A DNA stretch of 64,000 nt from Tubulanus polymorphus (taxonomy: Eukaryota; Animalia; Nemertea): contig NC_134034.1 in assembly GCF_964204645.1 (NCBI RefSeq), positions 13,157,062 through 13,221,061 on the forward strand, read 5' to 3'. The translations under genes were made by a program, and so were the position numbers. Below, piece after piece: positions 24,789 to 36,884 of this stretch; the stretch's first letter is position 1, and the number at the start of each line of letters is the position of its first letter. The notes beneath the pieces are model-generated. The model did no database searches. It saw nothing but the letters and a program-made list of their open reading frames with translations, and was not told the DNA's origin.

Positions 24789-25365
24789 GAAGTGGCGATG
24801 ATCAGTTATGAGCTGATTAAATGTCTAATGTCTGGTGTTTGTAGTTCATTTTCAATTTAAAGATGTCTCAGTTGAAGCACTGAACACATGTGAAGTGTGG
24901 ACGATCAGTTTTTGAAGGTGTGCTGATAAAATGTCTAATATCTGGTGTTTGTAGTTCATTTTCAATCAAAAATGTCTCAGTTGAAGCACTGAACACATGT
25001 GAAGTGTGGACTGTCAGTTTTTGAAAGTGTGCTGATATAATGTCTAATATCTGTTGTTTGTAGTTCATTTTCAATTAGAAATGTCTCAGGTGAAGCACTG
25101 AACACATGTGAAGTGTGGACGATCAGTGTTTCTAGAAGTGTGCTGATAAAATGTCTAATGTCTGGTGTTTGTAGTTCATTTTCAATTTGAAGTGTCAACG
25201 ATGAGTTTTTGAAAGTCTGATTATGTCTGATTCTGGTGTTGTTGTTCATTTCGATATAAAATGTCTTGAAGGTGAGGTACTGAACACATGTGAAGTGTGG
25301 AAGCTCGTTTTTTTGAGAGTTTGCTGTTTGAATTCCAATATCTGGTGTTTGTAGTTCATCTCCAA
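24789..25365 (+). repeat. ~110-bp tandem repeat, about 5 units
   Basis: atgtctaat recurs at 24821, 24931, 25040 and 25151. Confidence 0.9.
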
Positions 25366-25879
25366 TTAGAACGGACGATCTTTCACCACACTCTACCGTT
25401 TACAAACCGCCCGGACAATATCGTTTTAAGACTTGCGTGCGATTTTTTCTTCATTCCACGACTATCTTCATCACCGCACGAATAGATGGAGGAGTTCGCT
25501 GATTGAATTCAGACGACGGACAACTTGTCTTTCAACCTAATTTCCCATCGGTCGGGATTGGTTAGTTTTCCGGTAGTTTGCGCGGCCAACTCGACGAAGA
25601 GGCTCTCGATCAGTTCTCGAGGCCGTCCACGTGACTTCACGATGACGATACCGACTCGTTATTCTATACACAATTACTAGAGTATCGGTGTTATTTTATT
25701 CCGTGGCACACGCAGAGAGCATATACTTAATCAAACGTAGATCAAGATAAATGATACCCAGCCACCGATTGTCCGACGGTGTTCGCCTGCCAGTGTACGC
25801 TTTATTCCCATTAATGGACATGACGCGACTGTGCGGCTTTTGGGTGCGAACTTTTCTAACCTGAATCCTGAATCGTGAA

Positions 25880-26110
25880 TCAAGTGAGGATCCAGCAGGT
25901 GTCGCTATCATGCAGCAGTATTATCTTATCTTATCTTATCTTATATTATTACCACTACTGCGGCAATAGAAGGCCCAAGTTAGGCATATGAGGATCCTCC
26001 AGATGTCGCTAGTGTGCAGTAGGACATCAACTACTGTGACAATAGAGGACTCCACTTGAGGCAAGTGAGGATCCACCAGGTGTCACTAGTGTGCAGTAGG
26101 GCATCAACTA
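25880..26110 (-). repeat. 77-bp repeat family C
   Basis: caagtgaggatccaccaggtgtcactagtgtgcagtagg units. Confidence 0.7.
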
Positions 26111-27118
26111 CCGCGGCAGGGATACAACCTACGGCAAGCTCGCAAGCTAGGTGACTAAAATAGTCCTGAAAAACATGTTTCTGTTCCTCTGTTCGAACCA
26201 AGGCTTCCACATCACTATTTTCAGTTTCTGAGAAACTGTATGCGCACGCCGCTATCACAACAGTTTCAGAGGCGACCATGCCCCTATTGTCAGCCGTATA
26301 TGGGCGACAATCACCTAGGCAACACGGATAAATGTAGCTTCATCGTTTCGTATCTTCGTCGTATTTCGTACCCGTGGGGTCTTATTACATCGAGCCTATT
26401 GTTAGTCGAACTGATGATAAATAAAACCCGGTTGGCCTTAATGACCTCGATACAAACAACCGACTACTAACACTGAACCATAGGTTGATAGAAAAAGGGT
26501 ACATTTATATTCATTTCGATATGCAAATTATTTAAACCGGTTGCCAATAGATTAGAAATTATTCATCTGATTAAATGAAGTAGCTAAGGATGGCTTTAGG
26601 CCCTACATAATCGTATTCACACGTAGACATCGCCGTTAGGCTAAACAAATTCGAAAAAACAAACACCGTGAATTTTCAATATTATTTCGCTTAATCGTCG
26701 AAGTTTGCCGAGTCTAAACGTGTAATCATTCCTACTTCATCATCGCTCATTTATCGATTCGTAGTTACTTTATATTCTGACCACGAAATTCAGTTGCCGC
26801 CTTTCTGGAAAAAAAACATACGGATTATGCGTTCGAATATACTGATCAGTAAAATTCATCGATCAAAGAAAATTTTCACGAATTTCTATATTGATTATCA
26901 TCTGTATACGATATCATTACGTAATATATATTATTTTCGCCTTTGATGATAATACAAACGAACTGTTCATTTGCGCTTTGGTAATATGATTCAATATAGC
27001 CGCCGGGCGACCAGAGCACGCGATTTTTGATCGACTTGAAGATTTTTACGATGCTGTGGATATTTCGCGTAATAATTGAATGTATACGTTCTAGGCTTTC
27101 AGTCAAACTCTTAATCTG

Positions 27119-27273
27119 GACCCAGTCCAACAGGGAGTGAGAGTTACAATTTGAATCAGGGCCCAGTCCAACAGGGAGTGAGAGTTACAATTTGAATCAG
27201 GGCCCAGTCCAACAGGGAGTGAGAGTTACAATTTGAATCAGGGCCCAGTCCAACAGGGAGTGAGGGTTACATT
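27119..27273 (+). repeat. 41-bp minisatellite, about 3.7 units
   Basis: cccagtccaacagggagtgagagttac at 27121, 27162, 27203 and 27244. Confidence 0.9.
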
Positions 27274-27289
27274 TGTTCTGGAACGAACC

Positions 27290-27452
27290 ACAGTTGTGTC
27301 CGTATATTTTTTAGATCCAGTTCCACAGTTGTGTGAGTTTAATTTGACTCTTTGAATCCAATTCCCCAGTTGTGTCGGTTTAATTTGAATTTAGATCAAG
27401 TTTCCGCGGTTGCATGGGTTAATCTGACTTAGTTTGACTATGGATCCAGTTG
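27290..27452 (+). repeat. 39-bp minisatellite (degenerate)
   Basis: cagttccacagttgtgtg..tttaatttgact units. Confidence 0.75.
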
Positions 27453-28008
27453 CGAGAGAGACCGCACCTTCCGACTATTATCAAATTCACAAACTCTTGC
27501 GGTTTCTATTTAACCGCGGCTCGCTCGAGGCGTCGAGACCTTATAACGATTTCAGACACCACTTCACTCAACTCTCATCGCGCGTGTTCGCGAGTATTAT
27601 GTAAACGCTGAATCCGTTTTAATCAAGTTCCACCGAGCGATGAAGTAGACCACGTTAGCGCGCGCGGTAAATATCTCTTAAGATCATCTAATAACACTCG
27701 GTTTTCATTGCCGCGGAGGAGCAGTAACAGAAAAAAAAACTCTGTTTGTGATGTGCGTGCGTGTGTGTGAGCATTCCTTGTCTTTTGATCTTATCTCTCT
27801 TAACCTCTGTAACTGCGTATAAAATGCGCAAATACTCCTCAGCAGCGCTAGTACTATACGTCTCTCAGTGTGTTATGTCGATCTTGTTGATCCGATGCGC
27901 TCCTCAGTCATCGAATGCTGAACACGTATAACAGCATTTTATTCGCGTTGTTTTTTTTTCTTAACCAGCAGCAGCAGCAGCAGCCGAAGTTGTTTTTATA
28001 TCCCGTGG

Positions 28009-28183
28009 GTGATTTCTAATGGCACAGATAAGAGCTACTAAGAGGGGGTATATACACGTAAGTCAACGGTTATACCTCCGCCTAAAGTGAGTTTGTGTGA
28101 TTTCTAATGGCACGGATAAGAGCTACTAAGAGGGGGTATATACACGTAAGTCAACGGTTATACCTCCGCCTAAAGTGAGTTTG
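28009..28183 (+). repeat. 88-bp near-perfect tandem duplication
   Basis: gtgatttctaatggcac at 28009 and 28097. Confidence 0.9.
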
Positions 28184-29749
28184 CTGTAATTGACGTTGAA
28201 AAATAGTTTAAAAAATAGCGATTCCGATGTCCGAGACCAGGGAAAGTTGCGTGTAATAAACGCCGCTTAGTTCTAAGTCTTTGGCGATCTTTTTCTCAAA
28301 TGTTAAATTAGAGATTAACCCGGTTATCTATTCGTTAGATTTCGTTTGATATGTTTTGATATGGTCGTATCCCTTAAAAAGCCACCACACCTGCCGGGAG
28401 CGAAACAGGGGGTTTGATTTTGTAATCGGAAATCGAAGTACAGATATAGTTGTGTGATCGGCGGTCGAGTTTACAGAATTGTTTGTTTAAATCGAAGTAG
28501 ATTATTGGAAATTCGGTTGCGGTTCATTCGAACAATCTTCCAACCAGTCCGAACCGGCAAGCAACTGATCGGGGTTAATTGTGTCGGTTGCTGATTGAAG
28601 ATCAGCAGTTTTTAATACATCGCAAATTTCAAGAAATCCGTGACTCATCAAAATGCACACTAGCGACACCTGAGGGATCCACGCTTGCTACAACCATCAC
28701 GCCATCTGGCGGGATAGCCGGTTATGCGGGTTCCCCGTCGATTTACTAATGAGATAAGTTTGAATAAGGAATTGTGAGGCACAGTTACACCAGTGCTACT
28801 CTAGCGAACCCGTCGGAATACTGGCTTGCCGCAGTTAGTGTTGCCGTTAGCCCATTACGGAAAACATTTTTACCTCGTGGTAATAATAATACAACAGCAA
28901 TTAAGAACAGGCTATTTATCATTCAGAGGTCCGCACATTTATATATACATAACTGATATATTCTCTATGGACGTTATAGACGAGTAGACGGCCAACATTA
29001 AGTACCGATCGTTCATCGTAGCCATTAGTCCTGTTGTCCGCCGCCGCCGCGGGACGTAAGTGTGATTATGCTTTTTATAATGCCGCCGCGGCGTGGCGCC
29101 GAATCCCTCGCGTACCGTGCGCGCGCGTTGTACATTCGCTATTTACCGACGATAAACGACCCAAGTAACGTTACACAATAAAACCCGGTTCGGATCGATT
29201 CCGTCCGCGCCCGGCGGTATTCACTCGCATCGCTCGGCGCGACGACGCTGATAGCCCCTAATTCATCTATCTATTTCAACCGATGTCTCTAATGGCCACC
29301 GAATGGGTTGCATTAAAAGCAATGTGACCGAGGAAGTACTGCCGGCCATTATTCAATCGGAACGTGACACGTGACACAATGACGTTCCTCTCTCGGGAAG
29401 AGGCGCACGGATAATGCATGAATGTTATCCGATATTGGCAGAAAAAAATGGTGACATCACCGTGACGTCTGGAATGATGACGCAGGCCTTTTTTGATTAC
29501 TCTGTGTAGGGAATTTTTCTAAAAGAAATACAAGTAGGAGGGCCAAGTAGGCTCATGTCGAGTATTTTTAGGGAGAGAAAAAGGGCACTTTTTCATCGTA
29601 AAACGGTACACTTTTTATTGAAACGGGGCAGACCATAAATACGACATCTTCGCGAGCAGTGCTCCCAGTAATTTAATATAGGGCCTTAATATATTGGCTT
29701 TGACTAGGGCATCTCTCAATTCTTAAGAGATGACCATACAGCCTAGACC

Positions 29750-29981
29750 AACTTCGGTTTTCGTAGCTAGTCGACTAGTGGTCGGAACTAATAACCGAAC
29801 GCACGATAGCGCGATCATAACATATTTCACAGTGTCGGCCATCTTGGAATTGGGTCGGAACTAGAGCGACTGTGCTCAATCCCGTGATCGACCATTTCCG
29901 GACCATAGTTCCGATTAACTGACATTCGGTTTCGTTTAGTTCGACTTATAGTCGACTAACTCAGATAACCGAAGTTCGCCC
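29750..29981. mobile_element. Palindromic MITE-like element
   Basis: Inverted ends aacttcggtt..tagtcgacta / tagtcgacta..aaccgaagttcgccc followed by TAA; a related partial copy lies at about 50375-50512. Confidence 0.55.
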
Positions 29982-30416
29982 TAATTACATAAACAATGCC
30001 ATTCGCCAAAAAAAAAACTATTTCTGCCATCTGTACAATCGCCTGAGCTGACAGGGGCTCTAGTGAATCGGCCGAGGATTTCCCTACAGGTCTAGCTATG
30101 CGTGCGCCGGAAAGCCGAGGTCTGGTCCTATAAAAAAAAGAAAAAAAACAGTCCCGACATCGATTATTTCGTAGTCGAATTCACTGGTGATTTTTCTATG
30201 GCTTGTACTCGAGTCAGTCAAATCTTAACCGACGGCAACTGTAGACGTCGAAAGCACTTGACCGACGAGACTTCTAGAGAAAACAGTTATTCGATTCATC
30301 CCTAAAAGCGCTCGGTTAAAAATAGGTGACTTCAATTGTCTGGAACGTGTCGAGAGGACGAAACAGTCTGCACAGACAGACTAACCTTATAAAATTAGCG
30401 CCAGTATTGAAACCTA

Positions 30417-30555
30417 GGGCCGGTTGCACAGTCATGGCTTAGACTTAAGACCAGTCTAAGACCAACTTTGTTCTATAGTCAATCTAACAATCTAAGACCA
30501 GTCTCAACATTTTAAGACCACTTTTGGACTTAAGTCACGACTGTGCAACTAGCCC
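30417..30555 (-). mobile_element. MITE family B
   Basis: GGGCCGGTTGCAC...GTGCAACTAGCCC flanked by cta/ctg. Confidence 0.8.
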
Positions 30556-31287
30556 CTGGTGTTAGTAGATCCAAGGATGAACATTCAAAACAACGTTAAA
30601 GCCTTCCCGAAACCGCAATCCTTAAATCTCGTTGTATTTAACCCTGACAATACCGCAGTTTAACCTTTATATACCCGAGTACGAAGGTCCCAATTTGATT
30701 CTGGTGTGCCATGAACCCTTCGGTTTAGATTTCCACTTCTTCAAAAACAATTCCAAGATTTCGATATTCATTTCATTTTCAAATTTAAAATCAAGATCGT
30801 TAAATTTTGCTTCGCTATTTTCAATGAAAATTAGAATTTTATTTCTATGGAACTGACTGTAATTAGTCACGGTATCTGGGGGCACCTAATCCTCTGGCAG
30901 AGCGGGAACCAGTCCGTCTAAATCGCGCTCGCTCTGCTGTTTCATTCTCGCTGGAGATGATGACGATGATGATGTATTACCATGAAACTGACGGCGGTCG
31001 TTTGTCTCGGAGGAAAGAAAAAAAAGAAAAAAAATACCAGACAGCGACGAAGATAAGCGGACGGCGCTTATATCGAAATCGTCGGGGAGATTTCAGTAGG
31101 ATCTTATACGGCGCATTAAAAAGATATCGCAGAAATTGCTTTGTTTGTGTGGTGTATATTTTAGCGAATATGATGACATCAATGTATCTTTGATGACAAC
31201 GATGATTGAGATGACAATAACGAAGATATAAACCGTTAAATCGTCAATAGTCGATGTGTCTTTTGTTCATATTGATGAGATGTTTTA

Positions 31288-32325
31288 TCAACGACAACAG
31301 GTTTTTCCGTTTCCAGACCAAATCGCCAAAAGGTTATCCCTGAAGTTCTGATTGACAGTGAAGTAAATGAAAAAGTTGATACAAGAATTCAATGTGGTCG
31401 TTAAGCCGCCTATTGTATAGAATACCGGCCACAGCCTCGGAAGCTGCGTTGCGTATCTGGCGAGCTCGATAAAAACCTGCGGAAATTCCAGTAACACAGA
31501 CGCCGTGCAAACGTAGATTACGATGACCGTTGCTTTCGTATGGGAGTTCGATTTCGTACCGCCACCAGACGGCGCTGTCGACGACGGGTGTCGTAGTAAC
31601 AAACTACGCCGCCTATTAGCGGCGAGCCAAATTAACAAGGCCGCATCGGTGAGCGCGGTTAGCAGTACGGGTACTAGGGTGCCGGAGATGCGTCGTATGA
31701 TGGCGGCGTTGGCGCTGAAACTGTCAGTATTTCTGAACAGAACGTGATCCAAACCGACGCATTTGAACGTTAACTCTTGAATGGTGTAAGCGAATAATCG
31801 GTTGAAGATATTCACCACGAGAAATGCACAGGTCATCGACGCGCTGAACACAATCAAACGGCGTGAAGTGATTATAATCGGGGCTTTTAACGGGAAAACT
31901 ATGACGAACAAACGCTCGAATTGAATCAAAACCGTCACCCAGTTACGCGCGGCGAGGAGCGTATCGCTCGGGATGACCAGTGCGCGAAGAACGCGTGGAA
32001 ATATCTGTTGCGGGTTACGCATGAAAACGTAGGGACCGTACAGGGTGTAATACGCGATATACAGAACGGGTTCTTTGGCCAGTTTGACGAGCAGGAATCC
32101 GGTGTCGACCATGGCCAGGATCCACAGCGCGTAAACCGATCGACGAGATCGTCGCAGACGGCCCAACACGACGACCGTTAACACGTTCAGAGCGATACCG
32201 TTCGCGCACATGATGCCGATTCCGTAGACGGTCGTGTGGAAACGATCGTTGAATAGAGGTATCGATGTCAGTTTGGGACATGGCGGCGAAGATGAGCTAT
32301 TGTCGACGATCAGTGGCGGTAACAT
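31288..32325 (-). CDS. Intronless class A GPCR, FMRFamide-receptor/srw-like orphan, 345 aa
   Basis: NSS sequon and seven hydrophobic segments with motifs GIALN, LAMVD, FERLFVIVFPL, LVPVLL, LLEFP, NSCINFFIY and helix 8 FRDNL. Confidence 0.93.
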   Translation of the reverse strand: MLPPLIVDNSSSSPPCPKLTSIPLFNDRFHTTVYGIGIMCANGIALNVLTVVVLGRLRRSRRSVYALWILAMVDTGFLLVKLAKEPVLYIAYYTLYGPYVFMRNPQQIFPRVLRALVIPSDTLLAARNWVTVLIQFERLFVIVFPLKAPIIITSRRLIVFSASMTCAFLVVNIFNRLFAYTIQELTFKCVGLDHVLFRNTDSFSANAAIIRRISGTLVPVLLTALTDAALLIWLAANRRRSLLLRHPSSTAPSGGGTKSNSHTKATVIVIYVCTASVLLEFPQVFIELARYATQLPRLWPVFYTIGGLTTTLNSCINFFIYFTVNQNFRDNLLAIWSGNGKTCCR

Positions 32326-33823
32326 CGTCGATTAAGCCTTAAATTCGTCGCTAATACGAGTCTATTCACGCATGCCGAAGTTTCTAAACGTAAAATCGAA
32401 TACCTTTACAATAAAACTCGCGGAGCCCGGAATCGAATGTTTTGTCGATGAATAGAAATTAGCTAAACGCGGCTACGCTTTCGAAATTGACGCCTGATAA
32501 TGATTAGATTAATTTATAACCGAGATGAAATTCAAAGCGTTTATAGGATCGGTTCTTATTTTGCGAATGACAAAAATGAAATTCGACGACGGCATTGCGT
32601 GCAAAGTTTATTTATATTCTCGCTACTCGATTCTGTTCTAACACCAGACAGTGTTCGCAATACCTATCGTAGATCGTTGCCCAAAGACGAGCGACACGTA
32701 AGCTGTTCAATAGGTTCCAACGCCATTGCAAGTTGTGACGTCAGCATAGACGAACAAGCTCTAAATTGATATAGATTTTTAGCACAGTAAAGTTGCGAAA
32801 AGTCGAGATTTTAATCTAGAAATGTTTTGAATGATGAAGGATAGCTACAAAAAATACCTCACCGGTCCGAAAATTAGCCCCAACCCGTTACCCTAGCCAA
32901 TGGGCAGCCATTACCCTAGCCCTAGCTACGAAATAACCCTAACAACAGATCAGTAGAAACCCTAACCCCAGGACTCGAATCTGAGGGCGTTGACATGCCA
33001 GCCGAGCATGCTAACCACGCACATAGACCAGTAGTGACTTAACGGGCTTGTATAGGTTTGTCTGGTCAGTGTGGTGACTAGTAGCCGAACGCCGTTACCA
33101 GAACCCCGGCGTGATTCTGGATTTGAGAATAAAATCCCAGATTGGATGATATCCACCACCCAGAAGGGTGGTAGCAACACCCAAAATATTTCTAATTTTC
33201 AAATAAACTTTTTAGATCAATCCATTCTTGGGATTTTACTCATCACTGATATTGGGATTTTATCACTGATATTGTGACTCATAACCGAATCGTCTAGATT
33301 TTAAATCTACGATAGATTTTCTAAAATAGGTGAATTGAAAATTCAAATCTGAAATGGCACGACTTTTCACCGTCAGGAACCAAATCTCGTAAATATGTGG
33401 GAAAAAATGTTAGTTTATTTCCGAATAATGAATTTAAAGAAAAAAAAATGTTATTTTACACGAAAATTTCCCCCGAGGACGCTGCCGCATTAGTGCGTTC
33501 TATAATACTTTAGTACGCGTTCGATTTATTACCATTGTAACAACATTGCGTGCCGGAAAATTAAACAGACATAAAATTAAGAATCGATGGGAAAACGCAT
33601 TGATATTTTCCATATCGTTGTGATCTACTAAAAGCCACTTACAAAAAAATCACTACTGAAATATTGATCAGAAACCATTTTATCATATTTTGCCGAATTC
33701 TCCTTTAGTCCGAACCAATCAGATAACAACACGAAGCATTCAGTCTTCGGAGAGATGTGGTCCCGTTCTTTATGTTCCGACCGCCGAAATAGAATTTTGA
33801 TGCTAATAATCAATACACGTGTC

Positions 33824-34665
33824 GAGGGAGGATGTGTCTACTAGGACAGGGGTTTGTACTGTGACAGAGTCTCATGATGTCATCAGGTTCAAATCTCTGT
33901 GAGGTAGGATGTGTCTACTAGGACAGGGGTTTGTACTGTGACAGAGTCTCATGATGTCATCAGGTTCAAATCTCTGTGAGGGAGGATGTGTCTACCAGGA
34001 CACGGGTTTGTACTGTGACAGAGTCTCATGATGTCATCAGGTTCAAATCTCTGTGAGGGAGGATGTATCTACCAGGACACGGGTTTGTACTGTGACAGAG
34101 TCTCATGATGTCATCAGGTTCAAATCCCTTTGAGGGAGGATGTTTCTACTAGGACAGGGGTTTGTACTGTGACAGAGTCTCACGATGTCATCAGGTTCAA
34201 ATCCCTGTGAGGGAGGATGTGTCTACTAGGACAGGGGTTTGTACTGTGACAGAGTCTCGCGATGTCATCAGGTTCAAATCCCTGTGAGGGAGGATGTGTC
34301 TACTAGGACAGGGGTTTGTACTGTGACAGAGTCTCGCGATGTCATCAGGTTCAAATCCCTGTGAGGGAGGATGTGTCTACTAGGACAGGGGTTTGTACCG
34401 TGACAGAGTCTCATGATGCCATCAGGTTTAAATCCCTGTGAGGGAGGATGTGTCTACTAGGACAGGGGTTTGTACTGTGACAGTCTCATGATGCCATCAG
34501 GTTCAAATCCCTGTGAGGGAGGATGTGTCTACTAGAGCAGGGGTTTGTACTGTGACAGAGTCTCGTGATGTCACCAGGTTCAAATCCCTGTGAGGGAGGA
34601 TGTGTCTACTAGGACAGGGGTTTGTACTATGACAGAGTCTCATGATGTCATCAGGTTTAAATCCC
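33824..34665 (+). repeat. 77-bp satellite, about 11 units, derived from the family A TIR
   Basis: Unit gagggaggatgtgtctactaggacaggggtttgtactgtgacagagtctcatgatgtcatcaggttcaaatccctgt with period 77 (33824, 33901, ...). Confidence 0.95.
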
Positions 34666-36019
34666 AACCGAAGAGAATACACTCAGAATGGGAACCTCAC
34701 CCAAACTTGGCCAGGGACGCTTTTAGCTCAGTTACTTACGCGAAAATATGACGTACAATGATCGAATTGTAAATAAGCAGCTTATCACATTTCTACCCGA
34801 TTGAGCATCTCTACCGCCTACATCGCGTGAGTGATAAACTACATGATACATCTAACGACAACTAGTTAAAAACAAACAGCACGTTTCTAACGTTGACGAG
34901 ATATTCGCGCGAGGCAAATTCATCGGATGGCTCTTACTAGCGACAGGGATAGAAATGTTCGACGAGAACACTCTGTTCACCGGCGCTATACGCATCAACC
35001 TCTTCAGTATCGGAGTGACAGGTTCGATCGAAATGTTTTCCTCGATTTTTCTATTCTCTACTCGGAATAGAGTAGGCGTGAAATAATCTACTTACGCCGA
35101 GTCCTCGCGATCGATTGGTATGAACGCGCCTGTGAGGGGGCGGGATGGGTCCGTAACAAATCCGTCGGATTTTCCGCTTGTGGCAAGTGAGGATTGCACC
35201 AGTGATCAAAATCGATTCCACGACGATCAATGAGAATTATAGCGCGTTCCCACAATAGTCAGTAGTGGTGGACCAAATTTAGAACGGACCAAATAAACGC
35301 CGGACGTCGTTAACACAGATATTCAACCTGTTTGTTATCTCAGTGGTCCAGCGATACACTGAGATTGAGAGGCCATTAATTAAAAGCAAAGTTTCTATTC
35401 AATATTACTATGTCGTTGAACGCTCTTTCTTCGAATACCCAAATTTACATTGAGGTCATAGCGACGTATACCCCCCGCCCTCTGGTGTTGGATGAAAACA
35501 AGTCCTTGGCCTTCTGCGCCGCCTACGATCTTCATCGAGCATCTTCTTCCACCGACGATTAGATTTCTTAAGACTGTTTCGCGAATTCGACTAAAATAGG
35601 TTTTTTTCGCCGCCGTCTTTGTTTCACCGAATGCCGAACAGAAGCTGTTTGAAATGTCAGTTCCATTAGCGGTAGGTAGTTCGATAGTGAAGCCGAGGGT
35701 TGTAATATCTATTGTGTCGACAAATGAAATAAAAAGATGCTTCTTACGTCGTCGACACGCGAACTTTTCGACGGATTTGCGCTTGTGTTTTAACTCTTTC
35801 CAGGCACACGAGAGCTTTCGGAGAAACCTGGACGGGAAAGGAAAACAACATCGTTAAATAGTCCTCGACTGAAAGTGATCGTATAGACGAGGCTGCTGGT
35901 TGGAACAGTGTCGTATCTCCGCATCAGGCAATGGTTTAATGTTGCAATTCGTTTTAGGGCATATGGTTTTAAGACACAATTCGAACACTTTAGTCAGTGC
36001 ATTTGGTCCGGAGTGCAAA

Positions 36020-36282
36020 TGTGGTAATAGCGGTTTCCACTCGTGGCAAGTGACGATACACCAGGTGTCGCTAGTGTACAGTAGGACAATGCAACAATAG
36101 AAGATTCGTGGCACGTGAAAGATCCACCAGGTGTCACTAGTGTACAGTAGGACATCAACTGCTGCGACAATAGAAGATTCCACTTGTGGCAAGTGAGGAT
36201 CTTCCAAGTGCTGCTTGCTCCTGTTACAATAGAGCATCATTCCACTTGACCCATGGCCATCGATGATCCACCAGGTGTCGCT
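36020..36282 (-). repeat. 77-bp repeat family C
   Basis: ccaccaggtgtcgctagtgtacagtaggac units. Confidence 0.75.
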
Positions 36283-36884
36283 TATAGTAGTAACAACTGG
36301 TCTTCGAAAAGAATCAACTATCTATAAAAACTTCAACGTCTCTGAAATTCATCAAAATATATCCAAAAATTAACCTACGTTCCCCGAACGTTAAGGAGTC
36401 CGTAGAAATCTATATGAAATGAAAATGAACTATATTTGAAGTTATCGCACGGAAACGCACGCCGTCTAGCGGGATAGCTGGTGGAACGGGTTCTCATTTC
36501 TTGAGGTAAAAACCTAGCTACCCCGGACGACGGAACGTTACTCGTGAGATCTGGTGCCGAGCACTACAAGTACAATCATTATTCCGCTCTCTACGGAGAG
36601 AAGTTCTCATTTCGCGTTCATGGCGATATAAGTTTCGAGTTACCGACGAAGGATTTCGATACAGCAGTTTGAGGACCCGGTAAACAAAAGCGGCAACAAC
36701 TCTCGGAGTAGTCGAGAGGCGTCGGAGAAGATTGAACCAATAAACCGAGACGGAATGTATGAAAGCGTCGTGCACGAGCGGACTCTTACACCCTCGATCC
36801 AATTCAGCTCTTTCTCCCGATCTACAAACAGCCGACTCTTAAAGATGTACGCATTATATTCATCGTTCAACGAAGAAAAGCCGT

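Noticed and set aside
33824-34665. CRISPR-like appearance of the 77-bp array (also the 92-bp arrays)
   Set aside because: Units are contiguous with no unique spacers, there are no cas genes, and the context is eukaryotic.
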